A stretch of 38,625 bases of DNA from a virus. The notes below the pieces were generated by a model. It was given only the letters and a program-made list of their open reading frames with translations, had not been told where the DNA came from and ran no database searches. Location of the stretch: UHGV virus genome UHGV-1545242. One strand, written 5' to 3'. A program made the position numbers and the translations under genes. Shown in pieces: positions 35,901 through 38,625 of the stretch (positions within the stretch are counted from its first letter, which is position 1; each line of letters begins with the position of its first letter).

Positions 35901-36070
35901 ATGATAATCCAGTGATGGTAATAGAAGACATCATTGAGCGCGTTGAAATAACGCCAGCAGGATCTAGATGGGGGGTCAGACCTGATCTCTTATTCTATAT
36001 CGAGGCAGCATGGCAGCGCAGAGAAATGGATAAGATAAAAGAGCGGGTTCAGTCTCTGGAAGAACGTTAA
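32951..36070 (+). CDS. Tailspike/depolymerase with C-terminal intramolecular chaperone (S74-type) domain
   Basis: 1039 aa; conserved N-terminal virion-attachment region; central DFGAVGDGINDDSTAI beta-helix start motif; C-terminal TSDGTLK...YIAYKW...RIHHGVIAQQL pattern. Confidence 0.85.
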   Translation: MTVSTEVDHNEYTGNGVTTSFPYTFRIFRKSDLVVQVSDLNGNVTELVLDTGYTVTGAGTYSGGSVVLPSPLATGWRITIDRVLDVVQETDLRNQGKFFPEVHEDAFDYLTMLIQQCFGWFRRALMKPSLLAKYYDAKQNKISNLADPSFEQDAVNNRSMRNYVDAAIAGVVGGFGWFIQYGSGAVYRTFQDKMRDAISPKDFGAVGDGINDDSTAISACLEASSPGYKIDGLGLTFKVSTLPDVSRFKNARFLFERIPGQPLFYASEDFIQGELFKITDTPWYNAWTQDKTFVYDNVIYAPFMAGDRHGVNNLHVAWVRSGDDGKTWTTPEWLTDLHENYPTVNYHCMSMGVVRNRLFAVIETRTVRGNKLQVAELWDRPMSRSLRVYGGITKAANQQVAYIRITDHGLFAGDFVNFSNSGVTGVTGNMTVTTVIDKNTFTVTTQNTQDVDQNNEGRYWSFGTSFHSSPWRKTSLGTIPSFVDGSTPVTEIHSFATISDNSFAVGYHNGDIGPRELGILYFSDAFGSPGSFVRRRIPVEYEANASEPCVKYYDGILYLTTRGTLSTQPGSSLHRSSDLGTSWNSLRFPNNVHHSNLPFAKVGDELIIFGSERAFGEWEGGEPDNRYAGNYPRTFMTRVNVNEWSLDNVEWVNVTDQIYQGGIVNSAVGVGSVCIKDNWLYYIFGGEDFLNPWSIGDNNRKYPYVHDGHPADLYCFRVKIKQEEFVSRDFVYGATPNRTLPTFMSTSGVRTVPVPVDFTDDVAVQSLTVHAGTSGQVRAEVKLEGNYAIIAKKVPSDDVTAQRLIVSGGETTSSADGAMITLHGSGSSTPRRAVYNALEHLFENGDVKPYLDNVNALGGPGNRFSTVYLGSNPVVTSDGTLKTEPVSPDEALLDAWGDVRYIAYKWLNAVAIKGEEGARIHHGVIAQQLRDVLISHGLMEEESTTCRYAFLCYDDYPAVYDDVITGQREMPLTDNDGSIIVDEDDNPVMVIEDIIERVEITPAGSRWGVRPDLLFYIEAAWQRREMDKIKERVQSLEER

Positions 36071-36075
36071 AAAAA

Positions 36076-36096
36076 AGCCCGCAAAATATTGCGGGT
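36076..36096. terminator. Hairpin after tailspike (possible terminator)
   Basis: AGCCCGC-aaaatatt-GCGGGT flanked by A-run upstream; lacks strong downstream T-run on plus strand. Confidence 0.35.
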
Positions 36097-36376
36097 ATCA
36101 AAAACGGAGTTGGTGAAAAGTTATCTTTGAATTCTATCATGAATCAGTACGTATTTTAAATACATGTTCAGGTTTATTACACCATAGCATTATTAAATAC
36201 AAAATTAAGTCTATGGTTCCTGTACAACTGCCCCCACTCTGCTGGCTCGTTCTGTAAAATCATTAGTACTTTTATTGAGATATATGATATGGAACAATAA
36301 TGATTCATATATGGTTTACTATGCGGGTTTAGTCATCAATAATTGACTGGCTTATAGATAGTAAACAGGAGAAAGT

Positions 36377-36781
36377 ATGTCTGCTCAAGTAACAAGTGAG
36401 CAATTAAATCAGTTGCTTAGTTTTGGTTCTCTTGCTGCAGTTATTGCAGGTGTCCCTCCGGAGGTTGCTTTAGGGGCTTTGGCTGGGGCGGTAATTTTTG
36501 TTACCTCTGCAGTAGAGTACCCCATCCGTCGCCGGGTGCTCCTGTCGATGCTCAGCTTTCTTTGCGGCCTTCTCTTTTACAAACCAGCAGCATCAATTCT
36601 TATCGGCATAGCCAGCCTGATCCCTACCATCACGCAGGACTCTTTTGAAAAAGGGATTGTTTTCTCTGCAGGCGCATTCGTGTCAGCAATTGTCGCTGTG
36701 CGTATTGGTATATGGCTCTATCACCGTTCCGATAATCCACGCGAGTTAATTCCGGGGAGAAAAGACGATGGTAACGCATGA
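36377..36781 (+). CDS. Holin (multi-TMD)
   Basis: Hydrophobic segments separated by short charged loops, charged C-terminus; SD AACAGGAGAAAGT then ATG; precedes endolysin. Confidence 0.7.
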   Translation: MSAQVTSEQLNQLLSFGSLAAVIAGVPPEVALGALAGAVIFVTSAVEYPIRRRVLLSMLSFLCGLLFYKPAASILIGIASLIPTITQDSFEKGIVFSAGAFVSAIVAVRIGIWLYHRSDNPRELIPGRKDDGNA

Positions 36782-37076
36782 GTTTTTTTTGCTTATCACT
36801 AATGCAGTTATTTGCACTGGCATAGCAATTCGCGTTGTCACATTCCGGCGTAACGGCTCTCAACATCGAAGGTGGGGAGGATGGCTTGCTTATTTCCTGA
36901 TTGTTGCTGCGGCCAGTATTCCTGTTCGAGTCGCCTATGCAATCTGGTTACGTACGCCAATGGCTGTGGATTTATCTGAGGTCATTATCAACGCTGTCAT
37001 GCTGGCTGCGGTTATTAAAACGCGCGGTAACGTCGTTCAAATTTTTAAAGTATCGAGGTCTAAACATGGAGATTAA
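36768..37076 (+). CDS. Second small membrane protein of lysis cassette (holin/antiholin-like)
   Basis: Three hydrophobic stretches; overlaps holin stop and endolysin start. Confidence 0.5.
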   Translation: MVTHEFFLLITNAVICTGIAIRVVTFRRNGSQHRRWGGWLAYFLIVAAASIPVRVAYAIWLRTPMAVDLSEVIINAVMLAAVIKTRGNVVQIFKVSRSKHGD

Positions 37077-37695
37077 ACAATTCCAGCGAGCTGCTGGTAT
37101 CAGCGAGGCACTGGCCGCACGCTGGTTCTCGCATATAACTTCTGCGATGAAAGAGTTTGGTATCAGCAAAGCAGAAGATCAGGCAATGTTTATTGCTCAA
37201 GTCGGGCATGAGTCTGGGGGCTTCACCAGGTTGCAGGAGAATTTCAACTACAGTGTCAGCGGACTGGCTAACTTCGTTCGGGCTGGGCGTCTCACTCAGG
37301 GGCAGGCTAATGCACTGGGGCGCCGTGCTGGTGAACCACCATTGCCACTTGAGCGCCAGCGCGCGATCGCAAATCTGGTATACAGCAAACGCATGGGGAA
37401 CAATGCCCCTGGTGATGGCTGGAATTACCGAGGGCGCGGACTTATCCAGATTACCGGTTTGAATAACTATCGTGATTGCGGAAACGGTCTGAAGGTTGAC
37501 CTGCTGGAGAGCCCTGAACTGCTGGCGCAGGACGGATATGCGGCTCGTAGCGCGGCGTGGTTCTTCGCCAGCAAAGGATGCATGAAGTATACCGGCGATA
37601 TTGCACGTGTAACTCTGATTATCAATGGTGGCCGGAACGGCATCGACGACCGGCGAGCGCGGTACATCACTGCCAGTAAGGTGCTGGCGGTATGA
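37066..37695 (+). CDS. Endolysin, glycoside hydrolase family 19 (chitinase-like lysozyme)
   Basis: GH19-type motifs [12 protein letters not shown] and [12 protein letters not shown]; start at MEIKQF (ORF track begins further upstream). Confidence 0.85.
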   Translation: MEIKQFQRAAGISEALAARWFSHITSAMKEFGISKAEDQAMFIAQVGHESGGFTRLQENFNYSVSGLANFVRAGRLTQGQANALGRRAGEPPLPLERQRAIANLVYSKRMGNNAPGDGWNYRGRGLIQITGLNNYRDCGNGLKVDLLESPELLAQDGYAARSAAWFFASKGCMKYTGDIARVTLIINGGRNGIDDRRARYITASKVLAV

Positions 37696-38174
37696 TCTGG
37701 GCATTCGTAAAAGCATACTGGAAACAGTTTCTTATCGTGGCAGTGCTTGCTGTTCTGGTCATATCAGGAGTGGTTGCCTGGAATATACACGGCAGTCGCC
37801 AGTACGATGCCGGGTATGCTCAGGCGGAAGAAGACCGCAAAGCCGAAGAAGACAAAGTTCGTCAGTACTACGAACAGGAGAAAGTGACCAATGAACGTGA
37901 AGCTCAGCAGAGGATCGACCAGGCGCGCAATGATGCTCTTGATGCTGCCGCTAGCGCTGGCCGGTTGCAGCAACAACTCTTTGCCATCCGTGAGCAGCTC
38001 AGGCAGTATAACGCCATTGTCGGCGCTGGGTCGTCAGCCGCAGACACCGGAGTTTTGCTTGCCGACGTGCTCAGCAAATCTCTCGAGAGAAACAGACAAC
38101 TGGCAGAGTATGCTGACCGGGCAGCCGAAGCCGGAAGAGTCTGCGAAAAACAGTACGACACTTTGACCAGATAG
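37692..38174 (+). CDS. Rz: i-spanin (Rz-like)
   Basis: N-terminal TMD ([18 protein letters not shown]) then charged coiled-coil periplasmic domain; follows endolysin. Confidence 0.75.
   Translation: MIWAFVKAYWKQFLIVAVLAVLVISGVVAWNIHGSRQYDAGYAQAEEDRKAEEDKVRQYYEQEKVTNEREAQQRIDQARNDALDAAASAGRLQQQLFAIREQLRQYNAIVGAGSSAADTGVLLADVLSKSLERNRQLAEYADRAAEAGRVCEKQYDTLTR
37891..38166 (+). CDS. Rz1: o-spanin (Rz1-like) embedded in the Rz gene in an alternate frame
   Basis: Lipoprotein signal [13 protein letters not shown] and Pro/Ser-rich mature region, wholly inside Rz coordinates. Confidence 0.6.
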   Translation: MNVKLSRGSTRRAMMLLMLPLALAGCSNNSLPSVSSSGSITPLSALGRQPQTPEFCLPTCSANLSRETDNWQSMLTGQPKPEESAKNSTTL

Positions 38175-38200
38175 CATGGCATTTTTCATGGTACTGATTT

Positions 38201-38211
38201 CCGGTGACGGT
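38201..38211. promoter_or_regulatory. GGTGACGGTAT 11-mer, candidate integrase arm-type site (right)
   Basis: Identical to 126-136; followed by related ACGGTAC. Confidence 0.35.
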
Positions 38212-38327
38212 ATATAAAACGGTACGGGAAAAATTGAGATTTGGAAAAATGTTATCACTCAATTGGTTATGGTTATCGTAAATAATTGAGTGGGAATGAT
38301 TTTGATCCCTGCACTATGAATGAACAA

Positions 38328-38355
38328 AACCCTCTGTTACTACAGAGGGTTTTTT
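38328..38355 (+). repeat. Right copy of boundary direct repeat (attR candidate); hairpin plus T-run, rho-independent terminator-like
   Basis: aaccctctgttactacagagggtttttt; near-identical to 47-74. Confidence 0.65.
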
Positions 38356-38393
38356 ATCTTCAAGAATTATAGGCTTGAAGTTACTTACATCGA

Positions 38394-38625
38394 TTAATTA
38401 AACCAGCTGTCCGATTTGTTCTCTTCTGCTTTGCCCACGCTTTTCATCAGATCGCGACCGCCTTCAGTCATATTTCTGTTTGCGTCAGCTTCAGATTGCA
38501 CCACATCGGTTTGCGCAGCTTTGTGCTTCAGTTCCTGATCGATAAATTCGTTTTCTCGCTTAACGCGGGCTGAACCGCCCCGGGTTTCCTGGAGAGTGTT
38601 TTATCTGTGAACTCAGGCTGCCAGA
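38394..38625 (-). CDS. 3' end of flanking host gene (partial, convergent to prophage end)
   Basis: Minus-strand frame open to window edge, ending ...MTEGGRDLMKSVGKAEENKSDSWFN; lies outside the right boundary repeat. Confidence 0.4.

Larger units (their letters stand above)
47..38355. mobile_element. Integrated temperate phage (prophage), apparently complete; podovirus-type late module
   Basis: Integrase at left end, recombination/immunity/replication/terminase/portal/capsid/internal-virion/tailspike/lysis modules in canonical order, bounded by 28-bp near-identical direct repeats. Confidence 0.8.

Noticed and set aside
36101-36376. Possible small gene or sRNA in the 275-bp AT-rich gap before the holin
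   Set aside because: Only open frames of 6-16 codons without SD; best read as the lysis-cassette promoter region (contains palindrome GTATTTAAAATAC near 36151-36163).
1-38625. CRISPR arrays, insertion sequences, transposases or large defence-type ATPase/nuclease genes
   Set aside because: None seen: no regularly spaced short repeats with unique spacers, no terminal inverted repeats flanking a transposase-like ORF, and every large ORF is accounted for by phage functions.

Overview
The window is almost entirely one integrated temperate phage of about 38.3 kb (approx. 47-38355), with only ~46 bp of host DNA on the left and the 3' end of a convergent host gene on the right (38394-38625, minus strand). 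It is bounded by a 28-bp near-identical direct repeat that forms a terminator-like hairpin (47-74 and 38328-38355), and an 11-mer GGTGACGGTAT occurs just inside both ends. All calls rest on reading the sequence and the supplied ORF translations against family motifs I recognise; no database search was run. Layout, left to right: GTG-start tyrosine integrase (193-1449); a leftward early operon (lambda-type Ser/Thr phosphatase, MT-A70 'DPPW' DNA methyltransferase, AlpA/Xis-like protein, RecT, YqaJ-type exonuclease, small proteins); an immunity region with a repressor lacking any LexA-like S24 domain and a divergent Cro-like gene; replication genes (O-like initiator carrying iterons, lambda P-like helicase loader); a nin-like block of small genes including a frameshifted gene I recall as DUF1064; terminase small and large subunits; an inverted moron (tRNA-Arg UCU plus a 111-aa protein); then a podovirus-type late module (T7-like portal, scaffold, major capsid, probable tail tube, three large internal virion proteins, a 1039-aa tailspike with a C-terminal chaperone domain) and a lysis cassette (holin, second membrane protein, GH19 endolysin, Rz with embedded Rz1). 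The architecture resembles epsilon15/phiV10-like temperate podoviruses (inference). The most interesting candidates for undescribed biology are: (1) a 15-bp palindrome TTACC-N5-GGTAA at nine or more promoter-proximal sites spread over the whole prophage, including the late and tailspike promoters; (2) an AT-rich moron between the internal virion genes and the tailspike (41-aa membrane peptide, outer-membrane lipoprotein, convergent 85-aa protein); (3) the tRNA/111-aa moron with ~300 bp of GC-rich non-coding sequence; (4) a translationally coupled methyltransferase-phosphatase pair next to the integrase.
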